Origin: a virus
Virus record (IMG/VR): IMGVR_UViG_3300029585_000050
Reading direction: 5' to 3' (one strand)
DNA: 64,000 bases
The notes beneath the pieces are model-generated. The model was not told the origin of the DNA, did not search any database, and saw only the letters and a program-made list of their open reading frames with translations. Positions within the stretch are counted from its first letter, which is position 1. Each line of letters starts with the position of its first letter. The translations under genes and the position numbers were made by a program. Shown here in pieces: positions 45,381-54,957 of the stretch.

Positions 45381-45844
45381 GTGCGCCGTCGTATGCTATC
45401 TATTACAAAGATGGTGAACAAGTTGGTAGGGGATTCATTAACGTCGGGCTATACTATGACGAAGAGCGCCTTTACCACCAGATTAATGCCCATGGTATTG
45501 ACTACGATGAAGTGTTTGCATACGACACCACCTTCACCCGCGAATTCATTGATGAGCGTTTAGGGTTACTGTTTGCTTTCGAGAAATGTCGAATTTATGC
45601 AGAGAGTGAAACACGAAAATCATTTAGTTCTAAATTGGTTGACGGCGAACGTTACTATTACCTGAAAAACAAATACGAAGAACCTACGCCAATTAAGGTT
45701 CCACTTATTAAAAAGGTGATGCCTGATATTATGGCTAGTGATATATGTTCAGTGCAACCAATGACGGGTGACGTTGCCGAAATCAACCGTATTTCTTTCA
45801 ACGCAGCGAAGAATGTTTACGAAGATGACAATGGAAAAAATTGA
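45377..45844 (+). CDS. hypothetical protein with C-terminal gp23 Gol-region-like segment
   Basis: PLIKKVMPDIMASDICSVQPMTG. Confidence 0.6.
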   Translation: MSAPSYAIYYKDGEQVGRGFINVGLYYDEERLYHQINAHGIDYDEVFAYDTTFTREFIDERLGLLFAFEKCRIYAESETRKSFSSKLVDGERYYYLKNKYEEPTPIKVPLIKKVMPDIMASDICSVQPMTGDVAEINRISFNAAKNVYEDDNGKN

Positions 45845-45847
45845 AAA

Positions 45848-46126
45848 ATGCATAGACTTTACCCAGATGATTATGATACAATCAGCCGTTCTTTAAAATA
45901 CACCGAACCTCAATTAGAAGTTATCAAGAACGTCAACTTCGCAGGGTGGGGAGCAAGGCAATTTAAGGTTGATGACCCCGAACGATATTACACTGTGACT
46001 GGCATTAGTGAACAAATTAACGACATCATCGAAGAAGGTTTTGATGTTGGTTATGTTTACTTCTTTGAAGTGAGAGGTGGTTTACCAACAATGCAAAGAA
46101 AAGCTGTAACTTTGAGAAATGTATAA
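45848..46126 (+). CDS. hypothetical protein
   Basis: ORF track. Confidence 0.6.
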   Translation: MHRLYPDDYDTISRSLKYTEPQLEVIKNVNFAGWGARQFKVDDPERYYTVTGISEQINDIIEEGFDVGYVYFFEVRGGLPTMQRKAVTLRNV

Positions 46127-46653
46127 TGATTGCATGGCATAAGTGTTCAAGAATAACACAAGATTACCCATTAAAAGCTAGTGGGTATTACGAGAAAGTG
46201 GAAGACGGTAAGCCTACTGGCATCATCGTCAAAGACTTCACTGCTTACCCCGATTGTGAAACATATGATTGGGCGCACATTGAAAAAATAACCAGTGGCA
46301 ACACCGAAAAGGTCGCAGTGATTGAAAACCAAATTAAAAGCGAAGAAGTAGAAGATATGACTAATACATTAAAGACCGACTCATTAGAAGTAACATTGAG
46401 CGGTGATTCTGTAGTCATCACACCGTCAATTGAAACCAAAATCGAAACAGTCACCCAAGAAGTCTTATATGACATCTGGAAAGTTGACTATGAATGGACT
46501 GGTGACGATGAAACGGTTTATTGGGCTAAGTCTAAAAAAGAGGCTAAAGGGTTTAAAGAATTCTTAGAGAAGAAATTCACTGGTCACAAAGTAACCATCA
46601 AAGCAATCACTAAATTATCAATTTGCCAAGTAGAGAAGATTGAAATTGACTAA
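46126..46653 (+). CDS. hypothetical protein
   Basis: TAATG coupling. Confidence 0.6.
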   Translation: MIAWHKCSRITQDYPLKASGYYEKVEDGKPTGIIVKDFTAYPDCETYDWAHIEKITSGNTEKVAVIENQIKSEEVEDMTNTLKTDSLEVTLSGDSVVITPSIETKIETVTQEVLYDIWKVDYEWTGDDETVYWAKSKKEAKGFKEFLEKKFTGHKVTIKAITKLSICQVEKIEID

Positions 46654-47812
46654 ACTACGTTGGATAGTACAAGAGAACCTTTATAACGAACAGGGTTATG
46701 CTCGTTTCATTGAGGCGTTGATTCGTCTTGAGTGCGATTACATGGTTGTTAAAGTTGTTCCATTCGTGAATAAAGTTTTGCCTGAAGGATTTGATTCATG
46801 GTCAGACGACTACGAAAGTGCTATTGACCCAATCACCGACGACAGTTACCCAATGTTTGTTTGTGGGGCGACGACGCTTACTAATATCACATTGGAACGA
46901 GGTTGGGTGCCGGGTAGTTTTATTAACGATAACCTACATTATTCTAAGTGGAAAGAGAATTGGGGCGATAACCTATTGAACCCAGATTCTAAAGTGGGTG
47001 TCGCGGGTGACTTCTTGGATATACCACGGGGCGATTATTTCGTAAGGCCAACTGAGGATACTAAATCATTCAGTGGCACCGTCTTCACTGGCGACCAATT
47101 CAAACAATGGGCTATTGGTATTAGTGACGTTGTTGAGACAGAATATTCACCGTTACATCATAATACAGAAATTGTGGTTTCTTCGATGAAGACCATTTAC
47201 AACGAATGTCGTTTGTTCATTGTCGATGGTGAAGTGGTGACGGCTAGTATGTATAAGGCGGGTAATCGCGTCCAAGGAAACCCAGACGTTGACCAACGCT
47301 ATTTGGATTTCGCTAAAGAGATGACAGACATCTGGGCACCCGCCGAAGGTTTCGTCATGGATGTGGCTGATACCCCAAATGGACTAAAGATAATTGAGGT
47401 GAATAACCTTAATTCCGCAGGCTTCTATGCTTGCGACACCTATAAAATAGTAAACGCCATCGAAGAATGGTGGGAAAGGAAATGCAGTAAAATGAACAAC
47501 AATGATGAACTTATTAATTTCGTTGAAGAGTTAAGAGCCGTTCTACCATGTTACCAGACTCGCGAAACGGAAACATACCGTCGTCTTGCCATCATCAATG
47601 GCTTAAATTGCACAAAGAACGATACCATTATCATTTCTAAGAATTCATTATTTAAGAAAGCGGCTAACACCGTCTTAGAAACAGAATTGGTGAACAACTT
47701 AGATACCATCATCTATTCCGATGTTGTCGATGACGATGAAGTGGTAATTGGAACACCAAATGATGCGGAAGCACGTATCGTTAAAATTACAACCGACTAC
47801 GAACCATGGTAA
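46640..47812 (+). CDS. ATP-grasp protein (R2K/DUF4343-like) with C-terminal extension
   Basis: FVRP.EDTKSFSG, ECRLFIVDG, FVMDVA, KIIEVNN.NSAGFY. Confidence 0.75.
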   Translation: MKLTKLRWIVQENLYNEQGYARFIEALIRLECDYMVVKVVPFVNKVLPEGFDSWSDDYESAIDPITDDSYPMFVCGATTLTNITLERGWVPGSFINDNLHYSKWKENWGDNLLNPDSKVGVAGDFLDIPRGDYFVRPTEDTKSFSGTVFTGDQFKQWAIGISDVVETEYSPLHHNTEIVVSSMKTIYNECRLFIVDGEVVTASMYKAGNRVQGNPDVDQRYLDFAKEMTDIWAPAEGFVMDVADTPNGLKIIEVNNLNSAGFYACDTYKIVNAIEEWWERKCSKMNNNDELINFVEELRAVLPCYQTRETETYRRLAIINGLNCTKNDTIIISKNSLFKKAANTVLETELVNNLDTIIYSDVVDDDEVVIGTPNDAEARIVKITTDYEPW

Positions 47813-47818
47813 AATGAA

Positions 47819-48145
47819 ATGCCTTATTGGAAACTTGTACAACTGGTCGAAGCTGCTAAAGACCTTTCTGTGATGAACACGGTTAAACTTCGTGTCTCAC
47901 CGAATGATTACTTATCAATCATCACCTACATGAATGGTGTCGCTGTTGAGTTAGGTGCCCAATTGCACCAGTATTCAATTGAAGATGAACCAAAGGGTGA
48001 AATTCAAAAGGGCGACAGTGCTTCTAGCTACGGTGATGTGTATGTTGACCAAGGGTATCAGGCGGATATGTGCGATGTTTTCCAAGGTACAGTGAGTATA
48101 CCAATCGACGACGGTCAGTATTTACAATTCCATTATAGTATGTGA
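47819..48145 (+). CDS. hypothetical protein
   Basis: ORF track. Confidence 0.6.
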   Translation: MPYWKLVQLVEAAKDLSVMNTVKLRVSPNDYLSIITYMNGVAVELGAQLHQYSIEDEPKGEIQKGDSASSYGDVYVDQGYQADMCDVFQGTVSIPIDDGQYLQFHYSM

Positions 48146-48152
48146 GGAGACT

Positions 48153-48896
48153 ATGAGATATTACAACCCTGAAAGCGAAGACTATCAAGCTGAACTAAAA
48201 GAGAAGTTGGTAGAACCATGGCAAGAAGACCTATTGAAAATCAACCCCGATTATGTTTTCTGGGGAATCCATGAAGATTATATGTCGGGTGGTAAAGGTT
48301 GGAATTCACCATTAGAGGCTGATTCTTGGTCTGATATGACCTTAGACCTCGATGAATTGAACGAGGTTGTTAATTTCTATTTTGAATTACATCGTGAATC
48401 CAAGGATTGCCCCGACTGCAATAACGGGTGGTCTGACCGAGCATGGGAATTAAACCAATCATTTTATGATAGAAGTGATATGGCTTGGACTAATAACCTA
48501 TGCCAAGAAGCAGTTAATATATTGTGGAATAGAAAGAATTCCAGTGTCAGAAGACAATTTCCAGACGAAATACCGACCGCCGATGAAGTGAATCAGTGGA
48601 ATAAGGATTCAGATAGACTTTTCGGCGGTATTGATAAGTATGAAGCGGTTACGGCTCAATGCGAAGTCGAAGGCGTTGACACGACATGTCAATCATGTAA
48701 TGGCCGTGCATTCCACTATGTCGGTGATAAATGTGAGGTTAGCCTTACATTATGGATACTTCACCCACGCAAAGGGTGTTCAAGGGGTTTCGAGATTAGA
48801 AACATTGAACAGAAAGATTTACCAGAAATTTACAAGTTTTTGAATGAAGCGGCTGAACGCAACGCCAATCGTTTCTCAAGGATACCAACGCAATGA
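48153..48896 (+). CDS. hypothetical protein with CxxC pairs
   Basis: GTGAGGAG SD; CPDCNNG and CQSCNG. Confidence 0.7.
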   Translation: MRYYNPESEDYQAELKEKLVEPWQEDLLKINPDYVFWGIHEDYMSGGKGWNSPLEADSWSDMTLDLDELNEVVNFYFELHRESKDCPDCNNGWSDRAWELNQSFYDRSDMAWTNNLCQEAVNILWNRKNSSVRRQFPDEIPTADEVNQWNKDSDRLFGGIDKYEAVTAQCEVEGVDTTCQSCNGRAFHYVGDKCEVSLTLWILHPRKGCSRGFEIRNIEQKDLPEIYKFLNEAAERNANRFSRIPTQ

Positions 48897-49321
48897 AATA
48901 TGAATTGAATGAAAAAGGTGTATACAATTTTGCCTTAAACGAAATTGATTTGTCCGATGAAACTATCATGGATAGAATTGAAGCAGTCATCGGTGATAAA
49001 AGAGCTTATTCGTTCACGTTAGTTGGTCATAGTGGCGACACATCGTGCCTAATCGCTGAACCATTCCCGCCGATTGAAGATACAATCACTGAATTACAGG
49101 AATATATCGGTATGGACTATTCTGAACAATCGGAAACCTGTAATGAACTAATTAACCTTTATTACAGCAATGGTGATTATCGTTCAGATGATTTCAAACA
49201 AGCATTGGTTTATGAAATCAATATGCAATTGGATTTCTATAAAAAGAATTCAAGGGTAGTGATTGAAGAAGAAGTTATCCCAGAAAGAACCATCGAAAGC
49301 AAAACACTTGAATGGGTTTAA
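48893..49321 (+). CDS. hypothetical protein
   Basis: ATGA overlap. Confidence 0.6.
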   Translation: MKYELNEKGVYNFALNEIDLSDETIMDRIEAVIGDKRAYSFTLVGHSGDTSCLIAEPFPPIEDTITELQEYIGMDYSEQSETCNELINLYYSNGDYRSDDFKQALVYEINMQLDFYKKNSRVVIEEEVIPERTIESKTLEWV

Positions 49322-49779
49322 TGATGTCTGATAAATTCCGTGAAGAATTTGAGAAAGTTGTCAAGAGAACTAATAAGAGTTTAAGACGTTCTAAAATATG
49401 GCCTGAACGATACGACACCGAATATGTCAATTCTTTATGGGAAGGGTGGAAAATGGCCGCTGAACATTATAATGGTTGTGAAACCGAAAACAATGTACTA
49501 GAATTGGAACATTACCTATCTACCATCAAACAAACAGATGGTTCTGAGAATGATTACCCAGTTAGTGCAGCAATGTTTCAGCGTATGATGAAGCATGTGT
49601 TATTGCAATCACTTTTTCCAATTGAAGAAATCACAGACAAACATAACGTCACTGTCAAAGATGTGAATAACTGGATTGAGGTTAAATCACCATCTATAGA
49701 TGAGCGACGTGTTATATTTTTTGATTGCAAAGAATCTTTACAAAAGAATATCCAAAGGTATAGACAAAATGAAACGTAA
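49321..49779 (+). CDS. hypothetical protein
   Basis: ORF 49312..49779; start moved. Confidence 0.6.
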   Translation: MMSDKFREEFEKVVKRTNKSLRRSKIWPERYDTEYVNSLWEGWKMAAEHYNGCETENNVLELEHYLSTIKQTDGSENDYPVSAAMFQRMMKHVLLQSLFPIEEITDKHNVTVKDVNNWIEVKSPSIDERRVIFFDCKESLQKNIQRYRQNET

Positions 49780-49938
49780 AGTATTGACTGACCCGAATAA
49801 AACACAACAAAGCCTGCTTAACCTTCGTGATGAATTGAATTGCGATGACCCAAAGCAACGTGAAATTTATTTTAAAATCAACAGTTGTCTGTTTTCAGAA
49901 TACCCACATCAAACAGAAGAAAGTAAGGTAAGTGAATC

Positions 49939-50313
49939 GTGATTAAATCTTTATGTGTTGCTATTGCGCTTACAGTGCTTTCATTAAGTGCTAATGCTGA
50001 ATTTGAACTAGATTTCGATATTAAAAAAGAATGCTTTTTAGGTGTTTCTGATGTAACTAGAAAAAAAGATAAATTGGGTCAAGTTAGAATAGCTCAATAC
50101 GGAAATCTTTGTAAAAGAGTGCGCTATATTTACATACGCCACAGGTTTTGGGATACGCATTATCATACACCTTTTAAAAACAAAATACATGAAGTTACTG
50201 ACAGAGATGCACCAAAATTCTTCTGTAAAAATCTACGACCAGAAGGTTATAAAAAATATGTGACTAATGTCAATGGCATAGTTAAAGAATACGATAAATC
50301 CAGTTGCAAATAA
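49939..50313 (+). CDS. secreted hypothetical protein
   Basis: Signal peptide ending in ANA. Confidence 0.65.
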   Translation: MIKSLCVAIALTVLSLSANAEFELDFDIKKECFLGVSDVTRKKDKLGQVRIAQYGNLCKRVRYIYIRHRFWDTHYHTPFKNKIHEVTDRDAPKFFCKNLRPEGYKKYVTNVNGIVKEYDKSSCK

Positions 50314-50338
50314 TACTTATATAAAGGAAAAGAAATAA

Positions 50339-50740
50339 ATGTCTCGTGAATTTTTAGAAGAAACTATTCAAGAAAAAGGTCTTACCACTGCGCCTAGAAT
50401 AACACCAACCGACATCGAAAATTGTATCGTCGATGAAAAATACCATGTTTTCGAAGGCACCACATTCACAGCTTGCCTACTTACTTTAAGAAATGGCTAC
50501 AATGTAATTGGTGAGTCGGCTTGTGCATCACCAGAGAACTTCGATGCGGAATTGGGTCGAAGCTTAGCTAGAAGCTCGGCTGTGAACAAAATTTGGGCAC
50601 TTGAAGGTTATTTACTGAAAGAGAAGCTTTATCGCGAGAAAAAGAAAAACATCTTCTATATTGACTTACCAGATAACATTTCGCCCCAAGAAGCTCAGAT
50701 GTTGGTTTCTAATGCAATGGAAGAACTTAAAAGTAAATGA
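50339..50740 (+). CDS. Phage_gp49_66 family protein with C-terminal extension
   Basis: PRIT..DIE, T.CLLTLRNGY.V.GESACASPENFDAELGR..A, IW.LEGYLL. Confidence 0.8.
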   Translation: MSREFLEETIQEKGLTTAPRITPTDIENCIVDEKYHVFEGTTFTACLLTLRNGYNVIGESACASPENFDAELGRSLARSSAVNKIWALEGYLLKEKLYREKKKNIFYIDLPDNISPQEAQMLVSNAMEELKSK

Positions 50741-51153
50741 GTAAAGAAATAGAATTAATACAATCCCACGGTGAAGACGGTCATAGTCTTTATGGATACT
50801 ACCTTGGTACATCATACGAAGGCGACGAAAGTTTTTTTCAACACCTTTTAGATGATGGTGACATGAATGTCAAAGATATTATTAATAATGTCATTGCCAA
50901 CGTCAATGAAGCCATCACTGATTACAACAAGCGCCAAGCTAATGCCTTTGAAAAAGGTTCTATTATTCGACACGGTAAAGGTGAGACTGCCTTGATGCAA
51001 GTTGATACGTGCGTGAAGGATGACGAAGGTAATCACCGATACTATGGAACCCATTGCATGGGTGGACTATGTGGTGCTTATCACCTAGATTGTAAATCCG
51101 CCACTGACGATGACTTTTCTATTTGGGAAGAGAATGACAGTTGGAGAAGTTAA
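50737..51153 (+). CDS. hypothetical protein; C-terminal domain shared with 51505..51939
   Basis: ATGA overlap; internal paralogy. Confidence 0.65.
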   Translation: MSKEIELIQSHGEDGHSLYGYYLGTSYEGDESFFQHLLDDGDMNVKDIINNVIANVNEAITDYNKRQANAFEKGSIIRHGKGETALMQVDTCVKDDEGNHRYYGTHCMGGLCGAYHLDCKSATDDDFSIWEENDSWRS

Positions 51154-51318
51154 GTGATTATTTGTGTATGTCATAACATTAGCACCAACACCATTTCACC
51201 AGAAGGCATAAGTCGTAAAAAGTATGAGAAGATAATGAACAATCTTCAATGCGGTACATGTAAAGACGAATGGAAGAAGTTGGTATCGGACAATATTATT
51301 AATGAAGGTGATGAGTAA
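51154..51318 (+). CDS. Bfd-like [2Fe-2S] ferredoxin-type protein (54 aa)
   Basis: GTG start, GGAG SD; IICVCHNIS..QCGTC (CxC..CxxC); below ORF-track cutoff. Confidence 0.65.
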   Translation: MIICVCHNISTNTISPEGISRKKYEKIMNNLQCGTCKDEWKKLVSDNIINEGDE

Positions 51319-51500
51319 TGGCCAAACCATTAATGAAATATGACCCAAGTAACCGCCAAGAAAAACCGTGGCCTTCAGAAGCATCACAATGGAGAGAATA
51401 CCACGGTGATGTGGCATGGTTGTTTAACCCATACACTGGTGACAAGCGCGACCCTCGCGACATTGGCACCGACACTTACGGACTTTTGATAAGAGCTTAA
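51318..51500 (+). CDS. hypothetical protein
   Basis: TAATG coupling. Confidence 0.6.
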   Translation: MAKPLMKYDPSNRQEKPWPSEASQWREYHGDVAWLFNPYTGDKRDPRDIGTDTYGLLIRA

Positions 51501-51504
51501 TACA

Positions 51505-51939
51505 ATGTCTTGCACATGTGATATATGCGGAAACCCTTATAAAATCGATTTGACCTTACCAGACAAGTTCTGGAAGCTCGTTTCGCCCACTGGTAACAGT
51601 AAAGGTAACGTTTGTGGCGTGTGTATAATGAAAAAGTTAGAATCTTTTGAACAATACGGGTACATGACGGTCAATGATATGGTTGTCGGTGATGCCCACG
51701 AAGAAAGAAACCGTTTAATAAAGAACGGTACACTTGCTCGATATGGAATTGGGCCGACTTCGTTGATGCTTATAACTGAAGGTATAAATTCACCAGACGG
51801 TAATCATACATATCATGGTATTCAATGCCGTGGTACTAGGCATACAGCGAAACATAACGAGCTACGTCCGCCATCGAAGAAAGACTTAGCCACATGGGAA
51901 GAATACACCCATTATAGAGAACCCCAAAAAGAATTATGA
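51505..51939 (+). CDS. zinc-finger protein plus shared C-terminal domain
   Basis: CDICG..VCGVC. Confidence 0.65.
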   Translation: MSCTCDICGNPYKIDLTLPDKFWKLVSPTGNSKGNVCGVCIMKKLESFEQYGYMTVNDMVVGDAHEERNRLIKNGTLARYGIGPTSLMLITEGINSPDGNHTYHGIQCRGTRHTAKHNELRPPSKKDLATWEEYTHYREPQKEL

Positions 51940-52005
51940 CCATGCGCGTTGTCGGCGGTCGTGAGTTCATAGCTCACCATGGTCAACCTATTCAGGCTAA
52001 TAAAA

Positions 52006-52236
52006 ATGACAAAGAAGATGTATACCGAATGTGCTTACCATGATTTCATTTCGATTTCTTTACAGCAAGCCATTCAAATCGTAAAAAACCGTGAATATAT
52101 CATGACTGAATCAGCCAGTGAATTATTACCATTGATTAATGAATTGGAAGAAGAGGTTTTGAAATCATTCGAACGTAAAAACAAAATTGCCGTCCGTGTT
52201 GGTAGTAAGAGAGAAAACGACGACGAGGAAAAGTAA
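52006..52236 (+). CDS. hypothetical protein
   Basis: ORF 51979..52236; start moved. Confidence 0.5.
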   Translation: MTKKMYTECAYHDFISISLQQAIQIVKNREYIMTESASELLPLINELEEEVLKSFERKNKIAVRVGSKRENDDEEK

Positions 52237-52655
52237 TGGGCACATACACAGGTCTACGTGGTAGCATTAGACTCAATCAGTCTGGTGTTGCACAGAATCT
52301 TAACAAAGCAATTAACGAAGGCGCTGATAGCATTTGGAAATCAGTTTATAAGAATACTGGGAATCCTATTATCCGCGAATGGTGTAAACAAGGGCGCTGT
52401 GACTTCATTCCACGCGGTGCTGTGCATTACATGCCTGATGAATGGGGTGACAACCATTATTCGTGCCAAGACGGAGTTTTTAATTTCACTTGTTCTTTGA
52501 AAAATTACTCAGGTGAAATTGAATTCTTCATTGAAAATATAATACCACTCATTTCAGAAGACTATTACTTGGAACGTTTATTCGAAGAATACTACGATTA
52601 CGACCAAGCCACTGAAATCATACAAGAAGGAGACATCGAAGCTTTGATGTTCTAA
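52236..52655 (+). CDS. hypothetical phage protein
   Basis: GAGG SD; TAATG coupling. Confidence 0.65.
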   Translation: MGTYTGLRGSIRLNQSGVAQNLNKAINEGADSIWKSVYKNTGNPIIREWCKQGRCDFIPRGAVHYMPDEWGDNHYSCQDGVFNFTCSLKNYSGEIEFFIENIIPLISEDYYLERLFEEYYDYDQATEIIQEGDIEALMF

Positions 52656-53027
52656 ATGCCTATGGATTTTCCAGAATTTACAACACACCCTGTATCCGTC
52701 AACGAAAGTAAAGTTTTCATAAATCAATCTGCGTTTCTGGATATACATTTACTCGAACTTATTCATTTCCAGAGAAATAATGAAGAAACCAGAGATGCAA
52801 TCGTAAGCTTAATGACTGGTTATTTCAAATTATATTTTCCATTTGATTATTGTTTTTCGCATGTTGACTGTGGTAGTGGTAACAACGATGAAAATGTCAT
52901 CAATAAAAATTCGATAGTGATTGACATTTATTACACTAACAAGGAAAACACAGTATTGTGTACCAGAATGAGCCTAGCCAAGATGAACAATGGTAGATGG
53001 GGTTGGCATTACACCGACATCAAATAA
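52656..53027 (+). CDS. hypothetical protein
   Basis: ORF track. Confidence 0.6.
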   Translation: MPMDFPEFTTHPVSVNESKVFINQSAFLDIHLLELIHFQRNNEETRDAIVSLMTGYFKLYFPFDYCFSHVDCGSGNNDENVINKNSIVIDIYYTNKENTVLCTRMSLAKMNNGRWGWHYTDIK

Positions 53028-53035
53028 CTCGAAAT

Positions 53036-53058
53036 AACCCGCTTAATTGCGGGTTTTT
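53036..53058 (+). terminator. intrinsic terminator
   Basis: AACCCGC-TTAATT-GCGGGTT plus T-tract. Confidence 0.75.
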
Positions 53059-53219
53059 AGGTAAGAGCGGGTACGAATGGATGTATGCGTTGCCATAGAC
53101 CATGGTACGGCGATTAGGATGATACGCTATAATCTTGATTAGTGAGGTTCGCGACCTCGATTGCGTCGAGCTTCTACTTGGTCAACAGAAGTCGATGTGA
53201 TATTTTAACTGGAATCGTA

Positions 53220-53777
53220 ATGCTAAAGAAAAACTTAAATCAGCGTGAAATAAAGACTCTGAATGACATCACAGATATTGCCAAGCTGATTTCAAGAGAC
53301 TTTGATTTGAAAGGCAATGGTGACAACCTTTATTGCCGTTGTCCATTCCATGATGAACGCACTGAATCTTTTTGTGTTGTTCAAAAGAAAAACTTTTTTT
53401 ATTGCTTTGGTTGTGGTGCCAGTGGAAATGCACTAGACTGGTTATATGAACGTTTCAGACGTTCGCACCTTAATCCCAAAGGGAAAGCATTAACTGAATT
53501 ATTGAACTTCAATAATATAAGCGTTAAGGAATTAAAGAAACTGGCTAAGGAAAAATACCCAGATGGTTTGGGGTATTATGGTAACTATTCTCGAACCCGT
53601 AAAGGTAAAATAGTACAAAATAAGAACAATAAAGCCAGAAGCCAACGCATTAGAAGCAATATTTCCAAATTAAGAAGTGACCCAAAATTCCTAAGCAATG
53701 CATTAGCTGATAGATACCACCCCAATCATTATGAAGCTAAAATGGTGAGTGAATACGATGACGAAATCCCCTTCTAA
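53220..53777 (+). CDS. stand-alone CHC2 zinc-finger (DnaG N-terminal-like) protein
   Basis: CRCPFHDERTESF..FYCFGCGASGNALDW; no TOPRIM domain; start moved from 53142. Confidence 0.85.
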   Translation: MLKKNLNQREIKTLNDITDIAKLISRDFDLKGNGDNLYCRCPFHDERTESFCVVQKKNFFYCFGCGASGNALDWLYERFRRSHLNPKGKALTELLNFNNISVKELKKLAKEKYPDGLGYYGNYSRTRKGKIVQNKNNKARSQRIRSNISKLRSDPKFLSNALADRYHPNHYEAKMVSEYDDEIPF

Positions 53778-53955
53778 AACCAATGAAGAAATATTCTTAA
53801 TGTTCACAATGTACATTAATCGATTGAAATATGGTGTCAATTATATACCTAGTATGAGCGATATTCGACTATTTAAGCAATTTCGATACCCGCCATTAAC
53901 ACAAGAACAATCTCAGTACATATTAAGGCAATATGGCCATGAAGAAACTAAGTGA
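53749..53955 (+). CDS. hypothetical protein
   Basis: ORF track. Confidence 0.45.
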   Translation: MNTMTKSPSKTNEEIFLMFTMYINRLKYGVNYIPSMSDIRLFKQFRYPPLTQEQSQYILRQYGHEETK

Positions 53956-54361
53956 TAAAGAAGTAAGCAAAATGAAAAGTCCAATGCAACCAGTGTATTG
54001 CGACAAAGACGGTGTTATTCGTTTCAAAGAGAACGAAATTGTTAGGCGATTGTTGGATGAAGGTGGAATAAACCTCAATGACATCGCTTGTTGGGATGTT
54101 TCACAAGAAGACCGTGAACAGTTTGGTCAATTGATTGGTTATTCTGTGAGCGGTTACGGTACTCTAAGTTATGTCAGTAATGAGACATGCGAAGCGGGTG
54201 ATAAGTTGGCGGAAGATTTAACGTTGGGTGTAGAAAGCGACCCTCGTGATGCACTTATTTTATCGCAACGTGAACAATTGGATGTACTCAAAGAAACGAT
54301 AACCACTGCCGCCACCACCTTATTCAACATTCACCCAGATGATTTAACAGGGGAATACTAA
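53933..54361 (+). CDS. hypothetical phage protein
   Basis: ORF track. Confidence 0.65.
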   Translation: MAMKKLSDKEVSKMKSPMQPVYCDKDGVIRFKENEIVRRLLDEGGINLNDIACWDVSQEDREQFGQLIGYSVSGYGTLSYVSNETCEAGDKLAEDLTLGVESDPRDALILSQREQLDVLKETITTAATTLFNIHPDDLTGEY

Positions 54362-54957
54362 TGGGATTAGACGTAAGAGTTTATGAGAATGTCGTGGAAG
54401 TCACCGATGAGTCTATTATAGAGAAGGTGATAGACAAAGAGTACAATTATGTCGATGATGAGTATTACGACGATTATTTCTATAGAAATATGGACAATGA
54501 TGATGATTCATACTTCTATTTCTTGAGGGCTGAACCCATTAGAAATGGTGGCCTTTATATCAAAGGGGAATACCACCATATTTTTAGTCGTTCATACGGT
54601 GGCTACAACCAATGGCGTGAGCGCCTAGCTAAAATCATGGGATACCCTGAAGTCGAATACAGTATGTATGAAGGTAGTAGCATTACAACAAAAAGCCATG
54701 CCGCCAGTGCATGGGGCTTCGGTGACTTAGATATGAGTGATAAACCATTCTACGAGATGATTAATTTCACCGATTGTGATGGCATCTTAGGTAGTGTCGT
54801 GTGTAAAAAGTTATACCAAGATTTTGTGGATAATGAACATATCGCTAAACAATGGTCTGAACACACTGGCGATGAATATTTCTTGAAAGGTTATAATGAA
54901 TTTATGCACGGCTTTGAAATAGCAGCAAGAACTAACGGTCTTATGGAGTTTGGATAA
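54361..54957 (+). CDS. hypothetical phage protein
   Basis: TAATG coupling. Confidence 0.7.
   Translation: MGLDVRVYENVVEVTDESIIEKVIDKEYNYVDDEYYDDYFYRNMDNDDDSYFYFLRAEPIRNGGLYIKGEYHHIFSRSYGGYNQWRERLAKIMGYPEVEYSMYEGSSITTKSHAASAWGFGDLDMSDKPFYEMINFTDCDGILGSVVCKKLYQDFVDNEHIAKQWSEHTGDEYFLKGYNEFMHGFEIAARTNGLMEFG

Noticed and set aside
47490-47812. gp23-like similarity in the C-terminal extension of the ATP-grasp protein
   Set aside because: Only a faint pattern by eye; too weak without a profile search.
53062-53180. tRNA-like element (GAGG-TTCGCGA-CCTC hairpin)
   Set aside because: No convincing acceptor or D-arm could be paired; left uncalled.
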